Source of the DNA: Herpetosiphon aurantiacus DSM 785
Lineage (GTDB): Bacteria > Chloroflexota > Chloroflexia > Chloroflexales > Herpetosiphonaceae
Length of the DNA: 64,000 nt
NCBI GenBank assembly: GCA_000018565.1
Contig: CP000875.1
Coordinates: forward strand, 633,199 to 697,198
Direction of reading: 5' to 3'
Part shown: in pieces, positions 46,621-57,100 of the stretch
Layout of the letters: every line of letters begins with the position of its first letter
How positions within the stretch are numbered: the stretch's first letter is position 1
The notes under the pieces: generated by a model
Seen by the model: only the letters and a program-made list of their open reading frames with translations
Told to the model about the DNA's origin: nothing
Databases searched by the model: none
Position numbers and translations under genes: made by a program

Positions 46621-48177
46621 ATGCGTCGTTGGCTTTATATTGGTTTGGCTGTGCTTTTGATTGGCTGTGGCCAAGCCTTGAAAGCGACCAGCAGCGAGGT
46701 TGCTCCAAGCACTAAGCCTGCCGCCGCGCCAACGATTGATTTAACTGCCCTGATCACATGGCAGCCAGTGCCAGCCTATACCCCACAAATTCCCACGCCA
46801 ACTAATATTCCAATTCCCACGCCAATTCCCGATGCTTGGCCAAATGAGCAGGCTTTGGCGCTGCGCCCCGAATTTGCGGGCGATGCTACTCATTCAACCA
46901 TGCCACGATATGCAATGCAGATTACGCTTGAGCCAAATGTAGGTCGTTATAGCGGCAGCCAAATTATTACCTACACCAATACGACTGGCGCTAGTATCAA
47001 TAGTTTGGTGCTGCGTTCGTATAATAATTTTCCGCCCGATGCCCAAGGCGATGGCGGCGATACCACGCTTGAAGTTACTAAGGCTTGGAGCAATGGCAAC
47101 GAATTGAATCTTGCTCGTGAAGCCGAAAATACCGCTTTTCGGCTTAATCTCGCCACAAGCCTAGCACCCAATCAGCAGGTTGTAATCAGCACCCAATTTG
47201 CTGGCACAATCAAGGCTTGGCCCGATGGCTCGTATCCCTTGCTTTCGGCCTATCCGATGCTAGCGGTTTGGGATGCAGCAGCCAACGATTGGCGCATGGA
47301 TGTAACGCGCTTTCCTGATCGGGTGTTTGCTGAAACTGCACTCTATCGGGTGCAACTCAAGCTACCTGCCGAATATCAAGTCATTGGAGCGGGAACGCTG
47401 CTGGAGCAAAATGCTGATCGCACCAGCCGCACCTATGTTAGTGGGCCAGTGCGGGAGTGGGCCGCCGCGCTTGGTCAATTTTCGGTCAGTACAAGCAGCA
47501 TTGATGGAATTGACGTTAATGCCTATGGCCCCGATTATCTTGATTTGGCGCGGGTGCGCGAGATGGCAATTGGCGCTTTGACTAGTTATCAAGCCAAAAT
47601 CGGCGCGTATCCCTACCGCAAACTCGATCTGCATGTGATGCCATGGGATAGCGGCGGCGGCATCGAGTATCCAGCTTACACGATTATTTTGGTGAACGAT
47701 GGGATCAATCGTGATGCTGATTATGTGGTGTTCCATGAAGTAGCCCATCAGTGGTGGTATGGGTTGTTGGGCAACGATGTCTATCGTGAGGCTTGGCTGG
47801 ATGAGGCCATGGCTAGCTACTTGACCTATGTGGCAACTCAGGACGTGCTTGGTCAAGCTGCCGCCGATAGCTATTACAGCGGCGAAATCGAGCGTTTGGC
47901 GCTCAGTAATCAAGCCAATGGCAATTGGCCAGCAGGCTTGGCGATCAATCAATATCCATCATTTAATAGCTACTATCGCGCAGTCTATGGCAAAGGCGCG
48001 GCGATGTTGCATCAGTTACGCATCAAGCTTGGCGATCAAAGCTTCTTCCAAGGTTTAGCCCAACTCAACGACCAAAAGCGCTATCAGATTATCACCCGTA
48101 GCGATTTCCAAAGCGTTATGGAGCAAAGCAGCGGCCAAGCCCTAGGCGAGTGGCTGGATGGCTGGCTCAACTGGTGA
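46621..48177 (+). CDS. Secreted M1-family (gluzincin) metallopeptidase lipoprotein
   Basis: Lipobox 'LLIGCGQ'. Zinc motif 'VVFHEVAHQWWYG' (HEXXH) with the downstream 'WLDEAMASY' glutamate. Confidence 0.7.
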   Translation: MRRWLYIGLAVLLIGCGQALKATSSEVAPSTKPAAAPTIDLTALITWQPVPAYTPQIPTPTNIPIPTPIPDAWPNEQALALRPEFAGDATHSTMPRYAMQITLEPNVGRYSGSQIITYTNTTGASINSLVLRSYNNFPPDAQGDGGDTTLEVTKAWSNGNELNLAREAENTAFRLNLATSLAPNQQVVISTQFAGTIKAWPDGSYPLLSAYPMLAVWDAAANDWRMDVTRFPDRVFAETALYRVQLKLPAEYQVIGAGTLLEQNADRTSRTYVSGPVREWAAALGQFSVSTSSIDGIDVNAYGPDYLDLARVREMAIGALTSYQAKIGAYPYRKLDLHVMPWDSGGGIEYPAYTIILVNDGINRDADYVVFHEVAHQWWYGLLGNDVYREAWLDEAMASYLTYVATQDVLGQAAADSYYSGEIERLALSNQANGNWPAGLAINQYPSFNSYYRAVYGKGAAMLHQLRIKLGDQSFFQGLAQLNDQKRYQIITRSDFQSVMEQSSGQALGEWLDGWLNW

Positions 48178-49113
48178 GATTGACTCGCCCTGTGAGCGTT
48201 CGCTGGTTTGCTCCAATAAATCGACTTGCATGCCTTCGCGGGCTACAAAGGCCAATGGATAGACCGCTTGAGCATCGGCCTCGATCTGGTCGATTTGGCT
48301 ATCGGTGTGGGCTGGCTCGTGGTGAAACAGGGCAACGTGCTTAATATTGGCGGCTTGGGCTAATTCAATCGCCATGGCCCAAGTGCTATGGCCCCAACCT
48401 TGGCGGCTGGCCTTGGGGTTGGCATATTCAGCAGGCGTATAGTGGGCATCGTGGATAATTAATTCGCTGTTGCGGGCAAAATTGGCCAAGCGTTGATCGG
48501 TGCCAATATACGATTCGATATCGGTAGCATAGATTGCGCTGACCGCATTGTGCTCAACTCGATAGCACATCGAACCGCCGCGTGGATGGCCTAATGAATG
48601 ATAACTACGAATTTCAACTGAGCCAGTTGGGCAAAGCTCATCAGCGTCGGCGGCCACGCGCAACGGCGTAGCAGCATCGGCATTCCACCACAAACGCTCG
48701 CCACCTTCAATTAATAAGGTGCGGCGGCGGGCCAAAAGGCCGGGTCGTTCGGCCAGCATCGAGTGCGATGAAGCGCTGGCCAACAATTCCCAAACCCGAT
48801 CTTGATAGAGATTCCACGGGGCCACGATATAGATCATCTGATCTTCGCGATACAGCGGCGCAAAATGTGGCAAACCCTGAATATGATCATGATGATAGTG
48901 CGAGAGCAAAATTAAAATTGGGCGTGGATTGGGCTGCTGAACTAATTGCTGCCCAAGCTCGACAATCCCTGTGCCAGCATCAAAAATCAATTGCTGGCCG
49001 GCCACCCGCATTTCAACACACGAAGTATTGCCACCTGTTTTAATAAAATCAGCGCCAGTGCTGGGATGACTGCCGCGCACTCCCCAAAATTGGGTTACAA
49101 ATTCCTGCGTCAT
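48142..49113 (-). CDS. MBL-fold metallo-hydrolase
   Basis: 'ILLSHYHHDHIQGL' is the HxHxDH motif. The 3' end overlaps the convergent peptidase gene by 36 nt. Confidence 0.75.
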   Translation of the reverse strand: MTQEFVTQFWGVRGSHPSTGADFIKTGGNTSCVEMRVAGQQLIFDAGTGIVELGQQLVQQPNPRPILILLSHYHHDHIQGLPHFAPLYREDQMIYIVAPWNLYQDRVWELLASASSHSMLAERPGLLARRRTLLIEGGERLWWNADAATPLRVAADADELCPTGSVEIRSYHSLGHPRGGSMCYRVEHNAVSAIYATDIESYIGTDQRLANFARNSELIIHDAHYTPAEYANPKASRQGWGHSTWAMAIELAQAANIKHVALFHHEPAHTDSQIDQIEADAQAVYPLAFVAREGMQVDLLEQTSERSQGESISPVEPAIQPLA

Positions 49114-49136
49114 GAGTGCCCTCGATGTTGCAATGC

Positions 49137-49424
49137 TTACTCGTCACGTAATTCTACGATAGGGGTATTAATTAAGAGATGTTCATGCACAATTCGGTTA
49201 ATCGCTGTGCTATTAAGCTGGCAATAGACCACCCGCCCGGGCTGAATGATTGCATTTGGCCCACGTTCACAGCGACCAAGGCAGTTGCTCAGACGTAGTT
49301 CAACGGTTGCGGTTAAATTGGCAGCAGCTAGTGCTTGCTCAAAGGCTTGTTGCACATGGCCCAATTGGCTGCCACAGTGCAATCCATGACAAAGATAAAT
49401 GCGATACGTTGATTGCTGATTCAT
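49137..49424 (-). CDS. Thioredoxin-like [2Fe-2S] ferredoxin-domain protein
   Basis: Cys pairs 'CHGLHCG' and 'CLGRCERGP'. Confidence 0.55.
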   Translation of the reverse strand: MNQQSTYRIYLCHGLHCGSQLGHVQQAFEQALAAANLTATVELRLSNCLGRCERGPNAIIQPGRVVYCQLNSTAINRIVHEHLLINTPIVELRDE

Positions 49425-49612
49425 TCAGTTTGCTATGCACCCGTTCTCGTATGGGTATGATAGGTCAGCGCCTAGCTGCTGTCAACAGGGATATCAGCCA
49501 TTTTTGGTGCCAAGCAAGTTTTTTTAATTTTGGCTCAACCCCAGCCTCATACTATTGCAGCCCGTTAATTGTTTGGTTTTTGTAATGATTTATTCTCTTG
49601 CCAAAGCTAATC

Positions 49613-49726
49613 GTGCCCTCACCCCAACCCCTCTCCCACTGCGGCAGGCGAGGGGCATTCCAATCGTCATGATGATATGAGTTCCCACTCGCCTCGTGTG
49701 CGGGAGCCAGGGGGTGAGGGTATGCA
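49613..49726. repeat. Palindromic intergenic element, family 1, copy B
   Basis: gccctcaccccaacccctctcccactgcggcaggcgagggg ... gggagccagggggtgagggtatgc shares the core and terminal inverted repeats of copy A. Confidence 0.7.
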
Positions 49727-49793
49727 AACCTAGCAACATTCGGTTAAAAAAGCAAGCTCTCGGGTTGATGTTGCACCGAGAGCTTGCTATTGG

Positions 49794-50987
49794 TTATTGA
49801 TGATTGACTGGCAGTTGTAAAGTGAAGATGCTGCCAACCCCCACGGTGCTTTCTAGCGAAACTGTGCCATTGTGGGCTTCAGCAACGTGTTTGGCGATCA
49901 CCAAGCCCAAGCCGGCCCCGCCAATACTTGCGAGTGTATCATCGAGCCGCACAAATGGCTCGAAAATTCGTTCGAAGTCGTCTTCAGGAATGCCCACGCC
50001 ATTGTCGCGAATTGAAACCCGCACCAATTGATCATCTTGATAGACCGAAACTTGAATTACCCCACCTTGGGCGGTGTATTGGGTTGCATTTTCGAGCAAG
50101 TGCCGCACAGCATTATCCACACCATGCACATCCATATGAATCATCAACGGTGTTTGAATGCCGCTGACATAAATGTTGCGCACCAAGGTTTGGTTTTTTT
50201 CCAAGAAGGTTGGCTGCATATCGTTACAAATCGATTGAACTAAGCCGCGTAAATCGGCTTGGGCAAAATCCATTTGGTTCGAGCGCACTTGTTGCAGGTA
50301 AATCAAATCGTTGATATGGCGTAATAGGCGGGTGCTATTGCGCTTCATCAACTCGAGGGCTTCACGTTGACCATCACTGACTGGGCCAAGCGCCTGCATG
50401 TTGAGCAAATCAATATAGCCATGAATCACGGTCAGCGGGGTGCGTAGCTCGTGCGAAATTGTCGCCAAGAAATCGTTTTTTGCTTGATCAAGCCGTGTCA
50501 AGCGATTATTGGCGGTTTCCAACTCGCGTACATGCGATTCCAAGCGCCCGACCAGTTGTTGGCTATATTCGCGCATCACGCTCGGCGCTTCGGCAGTTTC
50601 TAAAACTTCGCGTGTGCCACCGATATAGCTGGCGACCAAATCGGGCAAGGCCCGTGGATCGATTGGCTTAGAAATATAGCCATCACAGCCAGCCGCCAAA
50701 GCTCGTTCGCGATCGCCTGGAGTGGTATTGGCAGTTAAAGCTACAATTGGCACCGAAGCCAGTTGCGGCGTGGCTTTGAATTTGGTGGTTAATTCATAGC
50801 CATTCAAGCCAGGCAAATTAATATCCATCAAAATCAGATCAGGGCGATCAGTTTGGGCCGATTTCCAACCTTCGTTGCCGTCATTGGCGATGATAATCTG
50901 ATAGCCACGAGTTGCGAGAACGCGTCGTACTAAACGTTGATTATCGTGATTATCCTCAATGTACAGAACCCGAGTCGAACCTGCCAT
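49794..50987 (-). CDS. Hybrid response regulator / histidine kinase (REC-HisKA-HATPase)
   Basis: REC 'VLYIEDNHDN...LILMDINLPGLNG'. H-box 'LATISHELRTPL'. G-boxes 'RDNGVGIP' and 'GGAGLGL'. Confidence 0.85.
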   Translation of the reverse strand: MAGSTRVLYIEDNHDNQRLVRRVLATRGYQIIIANDGNEGWKSAQTDRPDLILMDINLPGLNGYELTTKFKATPQLASVPIVALTANTTPGDRERALAAGCDGYISKPIDPRALPDLVASYIGGTREVLETAEAPSVMREYSQQLVGRLESHVRELETANNRLTRLDQAKNDFLATISHELRTPLTVIHGYIDLLNMQALGPVSDGQREALELMKRNSTRLLRHINDLIYLQQVRSNQMDFAQADLRGLVQSICNDMQPTFLEKNQTLVRNIYVSGIQTPLMIHMDVHGVDNAVRHLLENATQYTAQGGVIQVSVYQDDQLVRVSIRDNGVGIPEDDFERIFEPFVRLDDTLASIGGAGLGLVIAKHVAEAHNGTVSLESTVGVGSIFTLQLPVNHQ

Positions 50988-51002
50988 GACGGTTATTTCC
51001 TT

Positions 51003-53645
51003 CTAACTAGGTGATTGTTGTTCAATCGGCGCTGGGATGCTGGCGGTGGCGATCGCAAATGAGAAGGTGCTACCAACCCCAACTTTGCTATCGACCCATA
51101 AATCACCATCGTGCAAATCGACCAACCTGCGGGTAATCGAAAGCCCCAAGCCCGACCCCAAAATGCCGCGTGCCCCAGCATGCACTTGCTGAAACTCTTG
51201 GAACAGCTTGCCCAAGGCTTCGGCATCCATGCCGATCCCCGTATCTTGGACGCTGATTACAATCCAATCGCCGGGCAATAAATAGTGTGAGCCAATTGGC
51301 GTAGCTTCTTGGACTACCCGCCGAATTGCCCGCACCACAATTTGGCCACGGTCGGTAAATTTTACCGCATTTGAAATCAGGTTAATCACAATTTGGCGCA
51401 AACGGGTTGGATCAACATCCATTCGTGGCAAATCGGGCGCAATATCGATGCGCATGGTAACTGGCTTGGAATTCAGACCATGCATAATATCGACTGCCGA
51501 TTGCACGACTGGCAGCACTGCCGTTGCCTCACGATGCAGGGCAAATTTGCCAGCTTCGATCCGCGCCATATCCAAAATATCGTTGATCAGATCGAGCAAG
51601 TAGCGGCCATTTTTGTTGATGGTTTCAAGGTCTTCGCGCTGTTCTTCAACCAACAAGGGCGAAAGTTCATCGAGCAACACGGTTGAGAAGCCAATGATTG
51701 CGTTCAGTGGCGTGCGTAATTCGTGTGAAATGCTGGCCAAAAACTGCGATTTCAGGCGATCAGCGGCTTGAGCACGGTCGAGAGCTTCGCGCAACTCGCC
51801 AGTGCGTTGGGCCACCAAATCTTCCAAGTTTTGGAATGAGAAGGCGTTTTCAATTGTCAAGCCGACCATATCAGCAAAGTTGAGCAGTAACGCTGCATCT
51901 TGCACCGTAACCAAACGCCCTTGCTCATAGTAATCGGCAGAAATCAAGCCCAATACTTTTTCGCGGCCCAAAATTGGCGCTTGTACATACGAATCGCCGC
52001 CCGAAATAAACTGCTTGGCTTGAATTACCTGCGGATGTTCCCAAGGATTATCGACGATCACCGCTTGGCGCGATTTGATTACGCTGGCTTCAATCGTATC
52101 GCTATCGATTGTAATTGGCTCGGACAGCGCTGCCCGCATAAAATCGTATTCAAGCTCGTAGTTGTTGGGTCCAAATGAGGCCGAAACTACCTCGATCACC
52201 TCATCACGCAGCAGATACAGCACCGCCCGATCAAACCCTAAGCGTTGACATAATAATTGCGGAATATGATCAAGCACGGTATTTAATGAACGCAAGCGTT
52301 TGAGTTCATTGCTGGTTTCATTGATCGCGGCCATCTGTTGGGCATTAACTTCTAAGGCATCGACTTTTTCGCGTAACGCTGTAGTCATCTGATTGAACGA
52401 AAGGCTCAAGCGGCCAATTTCATCATTGCCATGGACGACCAACTCTTGATCAAGCTGGCCTGAGGCGATTCGTTGTGCGCCAACTTCAAGGTCGCGCAAT
52501 GGTCGAATGATCGTTCGCGCCAAGCCTGTGGCCAAAATAATAATTAAGCCTGAGGTGATCAACAAAACTGCCAAGAAATTGCGACGTAGCTGCTCTTGCT
52601 CGCGTTCGATTGCCAAACTCGCATCGCGGGCTGGGCTAATCACATCGTCGATTGGCAGCACCAAGGCCACGACCCAGCCAACCGTGCGCATCGGCGAATA
52701 GGCCAGATAGCGGTCGCCACCATCGAGTTGCAGGCGGGTCACGCCAGCCATATCATTGCGAATATTTTCGCGTAATGAGACAAAATTTGGGTCGTTGCTC
52801 TCAAATAAATTCTGTTTCTTAAAGGTTTCGTCCCAACGGGTATTGCCAGCCTCAAGCTCAGGCCGAATCAAAATATTGCCATCGTGATCCATCACAAAAG
52901 CATAGCCCGAACTGCCTGCATCGATCCGCAACACATCCGATTGAATCGTGGTCAGCAGCAAATCCATGCCAATCACGCCAATCAACTGATTGTTGACTTT
53001 GACCGGAGCCGAGACCGTGATATTGAGCTGGTTGGTGACGGCATCGACATAGGTTCCGACCCAAGTTGGGCCAGTAGCTTTTTCGGCGGCTTGATACCAA
53101 GGACGTTTACGGGCATCAAAACCATCGGGCAATACGCTAACGACCCGCACATCATCGAGCACCATCACACCTTCTTTGGTGGCCAAATAGCCCAAAGAAA
53201 TCAGCGGATTCAGATCGACGTTGCTTTGGAGTGCGCCAGTAATTTGGCGAGCACGAGCCACGGTCAGCCGCAGTTGATCAGGGGGAATCAGGGTTGGGCC
53301 ACTGCCTGCCAGCCAAAAGGGGTCGGGGCGAGTGTCGGCCAGCCGATCAAGTGGGCGGCTGAAGGCCTGTTGGGTGATATTAACCATGGTTTGGACTTGG
53401 CGCTGCACACTCAACAAAGCCTGATCATATAGCTCAGCTTTGTCGATTGCGCGACTCATCAGCATGTTTTCAGCTTGAATTAAGAGGGTGTTTTCGCTTT
53501 GTTTGACGGCGGCCAAGCGGGCTTGGGAAATCCCATTCAAGCTCAACCAGCCCACAATAATCAAGGCTGGCAGCGAAACCCCTAATGCCAGCAACAAAAC
53601 CCGCGCTTGAACCCCAAACCGAACATTTCGTGGTTGTGATGTCAT
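51003..53645 (-). CDS. Membrane sensor histidine kinase (TM, Cache-like periplasmic domain, HAMP, GAF, HisKA, HATPase)
   Basis: Two transmembrane segments flank an extracytoplasmic domain of about 290 aa. H-box 'LASISHELRTPLNAIIGF'. G-boxes 'QDTGIGM' and 'GSGLGLSI'. Confidence 0.85.
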   Translation of the reverse strand: MTSQPRNVRFGVQARVLLLALGVSLPALIIVGWLSLNGISQARLAAVKQSENTLLIQAENMLMSRAIDKAELYDQALLSVQRQVQTMVNITQQAFSRPLDRLADTRPDPFWLAGSGPTLIPPDQLRLTVARARQITGALQSNVDLNPLISLGYLATKEGVMVLDDVRVVSVLPDGFDARKRPWYQAAEKATGPTWVGTYVDAVTNQLNITVSAPVKVNNQLIGVIGMDLLLTTIQSDVLRIDAGSSGYAFVMDHDGNILIRPELEAGNTRWDETFKKQNLFESNDPNFVSLRENIRNDMAGVTRLQLDGGDRYLAYSPMRTVGWVVALVLPIDDVISPARDASLAIEREQEQLRRNFLAVLLITSGLIIILATGLARTIIRPLRDLEVGAQRIASGQLDQELVVHGNDEIGRLSLSFNQMTTALREKVDALEVNAQQMAAINETSNELKRLRSLNTVLDHIPQLLCQRLGFDRAVLYLLRDEVIEVVSASFGPNNYELEYDFMRAALSEPITIDSDTIEASVIKSRQAVIVDNPWEHPQVIQAKQFISGGDSYVQAPILGREKVLGLISADYYEQGRLVTVQDAALLLNFADMVGLTIENAFSFQNLEDLVAQRTGELREALDRAQAADRLKSQFLASISHELRTPLNAIIGFSTVLLDELSPLLVEEQREDLETINKNGRYLLDLINDILDMARIEAGKFALHREATAVLPVVQSAVDIMHGLNSKPVTMRIDIAPDLPRMDVDPTRLRQIVINLISNAVKFTDRGQIVVRAIRRVVQEATPIGSHYLLPGDWIVISVQDTGIGMDAEALGKLFQEFQQVHAGARGILGSGLGLSITRRLVDLHDGDLWVDSKVGVGSTFSFAIATASIPAPIEQQSPS

Positions 53646-53740
53646 AGGCCAACGCCCCGTGTATTGCTGGAAGTTGAGTCAGATCTGTAGGTAGGTTTAA
53701 TGTCCCCTAGTGTAGCATAAAATAGTTGATTGGGGATCGG

Positions 53741-54010
53741 ATGAATAAAGGATGAAGGATGAAATTGTTTTGATCCACGAAGGACGCGAAGGACACGAAG
53801 CACGGAACCGCGAAGGACGCGAAGCACGCGAAGGTTGAGTTTTTAGCCACGAATTCCACGAATTGCACGAACATTTTTTAGCCACAGATTACACAGATTT
53901 ATTTAATTATCCTGCTCTGCGCAATGCCTGAACCCTAGCCCCTGACCCCTGCTCCCTACTATTTTGCCTTTTGATTTTTGATTCTATTAGTTCTTTTTGC
54001 CTTCTGCCTT
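53741..54010. repeat. Family 2 repeat block, left copy: tandem CGCGAAGGA-type octamers, CCACGAATT repeats and a TTGCCTTTTGATTTT array
   Basis: cacgaaggacgcgaaggacacgaagcacggaaccgcgaaggacgcgaagcacgcgaagg ... ccctagcccctgacccctgctccc. A reverse-complement copy occurs at 56729-56880. Confidence 0.7.
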
Positions 54011-54073
54011 TTGCCTTTTGATTTTATCGGTGGTTGTTTGCACTTTTCTTGTATACTTTGATCTAATTCTCTG

Positions 54074-55267
54074 GTGCTTTGGGAGGCACGCATGAGCGAA
54101 CACCAGTCTGAGCAGGATGTGGGCGTGGATAGTCCAGCTACGCCATCACTGCTTCAACGGAATCGTTGGTTGCGGCGATTGATGAAATTTGGCTTTGTGG
54201 TGGTTGGCCTGTTTTTCTTTATTTTAGCTTTGCGCTTATTAAGTAAAGGTGCAGGTGGCTTGGGGCCATTTTTAACCAAAACCTTGGGGATTGAAAATGC
54301 CCTGAATACCTTGGGCTTTGGGTGGCTCTTTGCCTATGGGGTATTGAGTGGCTCGCCCGTGGCCGGAATTGCGCTTTCTTTTTTAGATAGCAAAGTAATC
54401 GATCCACTTCAGGCTTTTACGATGATTACTGGCTCACGGCTGGGTGCATCGTTTATTGTCTTGGTGATTGGCTTTATCTACTTTTTGCGGGGCCGTGAAA
54501 AAGCCGCCTCGCTTTCAATTGGCGTGTTGGCGCTTAGCGTTACAGCTACCACCTATCTGCCAGCATTGGCGATTGGCTATTGGCTCTTGACTGATAGCGG
54601 GCTGGATCAGGTGCGGATCGCCTTGCCATCGGCAATTTTCGATTTCGTCGAGCAGGTGTTTGATCCGATTGTGGCTTGGCTGATTCGCACGATTGATAGT
54701 GGGATTGTGAATATATTTGGGACAACTCCCGCGACAACTGGGGTTTTACCGGCAACGAGTGTGGTAATTTTTGTGGTTGGGGTCGGCACATTGCTGTTTG
54801 CCTTTAACCTTTTGGATAAAGCATTGCCGCAGGTTGATGCTGAACATAATGCATTTGGGCGGGTTGGTGGCTTGATCTATCGACCGTGGGCGATGTTTTT
54901 GCTGGGAGCGTTCGTTACCTCGTTGACCTTATCGGTTTCGGTTTCGCTCTCGATCTTGGTGCCACTTTCGGCTCGCGGCTTTATTCGGCGCGAAAATACC
55001 TTGCCCTACATTATGGGAGCCAACATCACCACCTTTATTGATACCCTGATTGCCTCATTGTTGATCAAAGATCCATTTGCTTTTACAGTAGTGCTGGCTG
55101 AAATTATCAGCATTACAGTAATTTCATTAATTATTCTCGTTTTTCTCTATCGCCCATATGAGCGGCTAATTTTGCGCTTGCTTGATCGGGTAGTCAACGA
55201 TACGCCGATGTTGGTTACCTTTATGGTGGTGATGGTCGTGACCCCGATTCTGCTGTTATTTATCTAG
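54074..55267 (+). CDS. Polytopic membrane protein, Na/Pi-cotransporter-family-like
   Basis: 10 or more transmembrane helices. 'IMGANITTFIDTLIASL' resembles the NptA-type GANIGTT motif. The actual start may be Met at 54092. Confidence 0.4.
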   Translation: MLWEARMSEHQSEQDVGVDSPATPSLLQRNRWLRRLMKFGFVVVGLFFFILALRLLSKGAGGLGPFLTKTLGIENALNTLGFGWLFAYGVLSGSPVAGIALSFLDSKVIDPLQAFTMITGSRLGASFIVLVIGFIYFLRGREKAASLSIGVLALSVTATTYLPALAIGYWLLTDSGLDQVRIALPSAIFDFVEQVFDPIVAWLIRTIDSGIVNIFGTTPATTGVLPATSVVIFVVGVGTLLFAFNLLDKALPQVDAEHNAFGRVGGLIYRPWAMFLLGAFVTSLTLSVSVSLSILVPLSARGFIRRENTLPYIMGANITTFIDTLIASLLIKDPFAFTVVLAEIISITVISLIILVFLYRPYERLILRLLDRVVNDTPMLVTFMVVMVVTPILLLFI

Positions 55268-55276
55268 GATCAACCT

Positions 55277-56107
55277 ATGAAGCCTTTTAATTTGATGATT
55301 TACCTTGATGGTTCCTCGGCAGCGCGACGCATGGTGGCCTATCTTGCGCCATTAGCCCGTAAATCGCATGTCAAAACGACCTTTTTGGTCGATGAAGCCC
55401 ATCAAGATGAAGCCGAAATGTATTTTTTCAACGCTGAGCAATTATTGCAAAGCGATCAAGCGCCGACCCGCACGATTCGCGGAGCCACGCCAGAACGGGC
55501 GATTGTGCTCGAAACTCGTGCTAGCCAACCAGATTTGGTGGCGTTTGGGCCGTTGCGCAAGGAAGGTTGGCGACGATGGCTGGGTCAATCGGCGATTGGT
55601 TCGTTGGCTCGGCGTTTAACCTGCTCGATGTTATTGATGCAAGGTCGCCCGAATGAGCTGCGCCGCGCCTTGGTTTGCGCTGCTGGTGGCCCGGCTACGC
55701 TACACGATGCCCAAATGACGGCCTCAATTATCGAACCCCTTGGCGGCCAAGTAACAATTTTGCATATTGTGTCGCAACTATCGCTGACCTACAAGCCCGA
55801 GGAGCGCGACCCTGAGCGGCTCGCCGATTTGGTGATGGAAAAGCAGGGCGAGGTGGCGCGTAATATTGCTGCCGCCAAAACCATTTTGACCGATCGCGGC
55901 ATTACCACCACCGTGCGGATTCGCGCTGGCATGGTGCTTGAAGAAATTCAAGAGGAACTCAAAACGGGCGGTTACGATCTCTTGGTGATAGGTGCGCATC
56001 GGGCGCGAACGCCACTTGATCGGGTCTTGCTCGAAGATGTTAGCGCTGAGATCTTGTTTAATAGTCCAATTCCTGTTTTACTTGTCCAAAATACCAGCGA
56101 TTTCTAA
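55277..56107 (+). CDS. Universal stress protein family (tandem Usp-like domains)
   Basis: Two alpha/beta Usp-like halves. C-terminal 'LLVIGAHRAR...VLLVQ'. Confidence 0.55.
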   Translation: MKPFNLMIYLDGSSAARRMVAYLAPLARKSHVKTTFLVDEAHQDEAEMYFFNAEQLLQSDQAPTRTIRGATPERAIVLETRASQPDLVAFGPLRKEGWRRWLGQSAIGSLARRLTCSMLLMQGRPNELRRALVCAAGGPATLHDAQMTASIIEPLGGQVTILHIVSQLSLTYKPEERDPERLADLVMEKQGEVARNIAAAKTILTDRGITTTVRIRAGMVLEEIQEELKTGGYDLLVIGAHRARTPLDRVLLEDVSAEILFNSPIPVLLVQNTSDF

Positions 56108-56128
56108 ACCGCAATCAAGGAGTTTGCT

Positions 56129-56728
56129 ATGGCCGTCTTGCTACTCGATAACTACGATTCCTTTACCTATAATTTGTATCAATATTTCTGCGAACTTGGC
56201 GCAGAGGTGGTGGTCAAGCGCAACGATGAAATTGAAGTCGATGATATTCGCCACATGGAAGCCATTGACCGGATTGTAATTTCGCCTGGACCATGTACGC
56301 CTGCCGAAGCCGGCATTAGCGTGCCGCTGATTCGCGAATTGTGTATGGAATACCCAATTTTAGGCGTTTGTCTGGGACATCAATCGATTGGGGCCGCCTT
56401 TGGCGGGCGAGTGATTCGCGCTCCCCAATTGCGCCACGGCAAAACCTCACCGATCACTCACTTGAATGTTGGGATTTTCGCTGGTGTGCCTTCACCCTTC
56501 ACCGCCACCCGCTATCACTCATTGATTGTCGAGGAATCCAGCTTGCCTAGTGATCTTGAGGCTACCGCTTGGAGTGATGATGGCTTGATTATGGGTTTGC
56601 GCCACCGCACCTTGCCAATCGAAGGCGTGCAATTCCACCCCGAATCGATTATGACTGAGCATGGCAAAGTGTTACTTGCTAACTTCTTGAGCATTGCTAA
56701 ACCAGAGTTGGCCGAGGTTAGGGGTTAG
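56129..56728 (+). CDS. trpG: Anthranilate / aminodeoxychorismate synthase component II (class I glutamine amidotransferase)
   Basis: '[17 protein letters not shown]', '[10 protein letters not shown]' (catalytic Cys), '[13 protein letters not shown]' (His/Glu). Confidence 0.9.
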   Translation: MAVLLLDNYDSFTYNLYQYFCELGAEVVVKRNDEIEVDDIRHMEAIDRIVISPGPCTPAEAGISVPLIRELCMEYPILGVCLGHQSIGAAFGGRVIRAPQLRHGKTSPITHLNVGIFAGVPSPFTATRYHSLIVEESSLPSDLEATAWSDDGLIMGLRHRTLPIEGVQFHPESIMTEHGKVLLANFLSIAKPELAEVRG

Positions 56729-56880
56729 GGGTTAGGGATCAGGGGTCAGAGGTCAGGAATGGATTCCGTGAATCTGTGGCTAAAAACAGCTTTGCGTTTT
56801 TTGCGTCCTTCGCGGTTCCGTGCTTCGTGTCCTTCGTGTCCTTCGCGGATCAAAACATTGAGTTGAGATTAATAGATTTC
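56729..56880. repeat. Family 2 repeat block, right copy, inverted orientation
   Basis: ggggttaggggttagggatcaggggtcagaggtcagg ... gcgtccttcgcggttccgtgcttcgtgtccttcgtgtccttcgcgg is the reverse complement of the 53741-54010 block. Confidence 0.7.
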
Positions 56881-56887
56881 GAGTGAT

Positions 56888-57100
56888 ATGCAACAATTAA
56901 CATTAAAACCTGAAGAAGTGCCCGCCAATTTGGCCGAATGGCTGCGAGCTAGCCAACAAACCACCATTTTATTGGCGGTTGAGCTTGATGCCGATGGCTA
57001 TCTGTCGTTGCAAGCCTTGCCGGAGGTAGATCCGCAGCTTGTGCCACGGGTGCGCAAAGCCATGGCACAATATGCCGAAACCTTGCGGAGGCTGCTGTGA
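56888..57100 (+). CDS. Small protein, putative antitoxin (Phd-like position) for the downstream Doc toxin
   Basis: 70 aa. Its stop overlaps the Doc start (ATGA). Confidence 0.35.
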   Translation: MQQLTLKPEEVPANLAEWLRASQQTTILLAVELDADGYLSLQALPEVDPQLVPRVRKAMAQYAETLRRLL

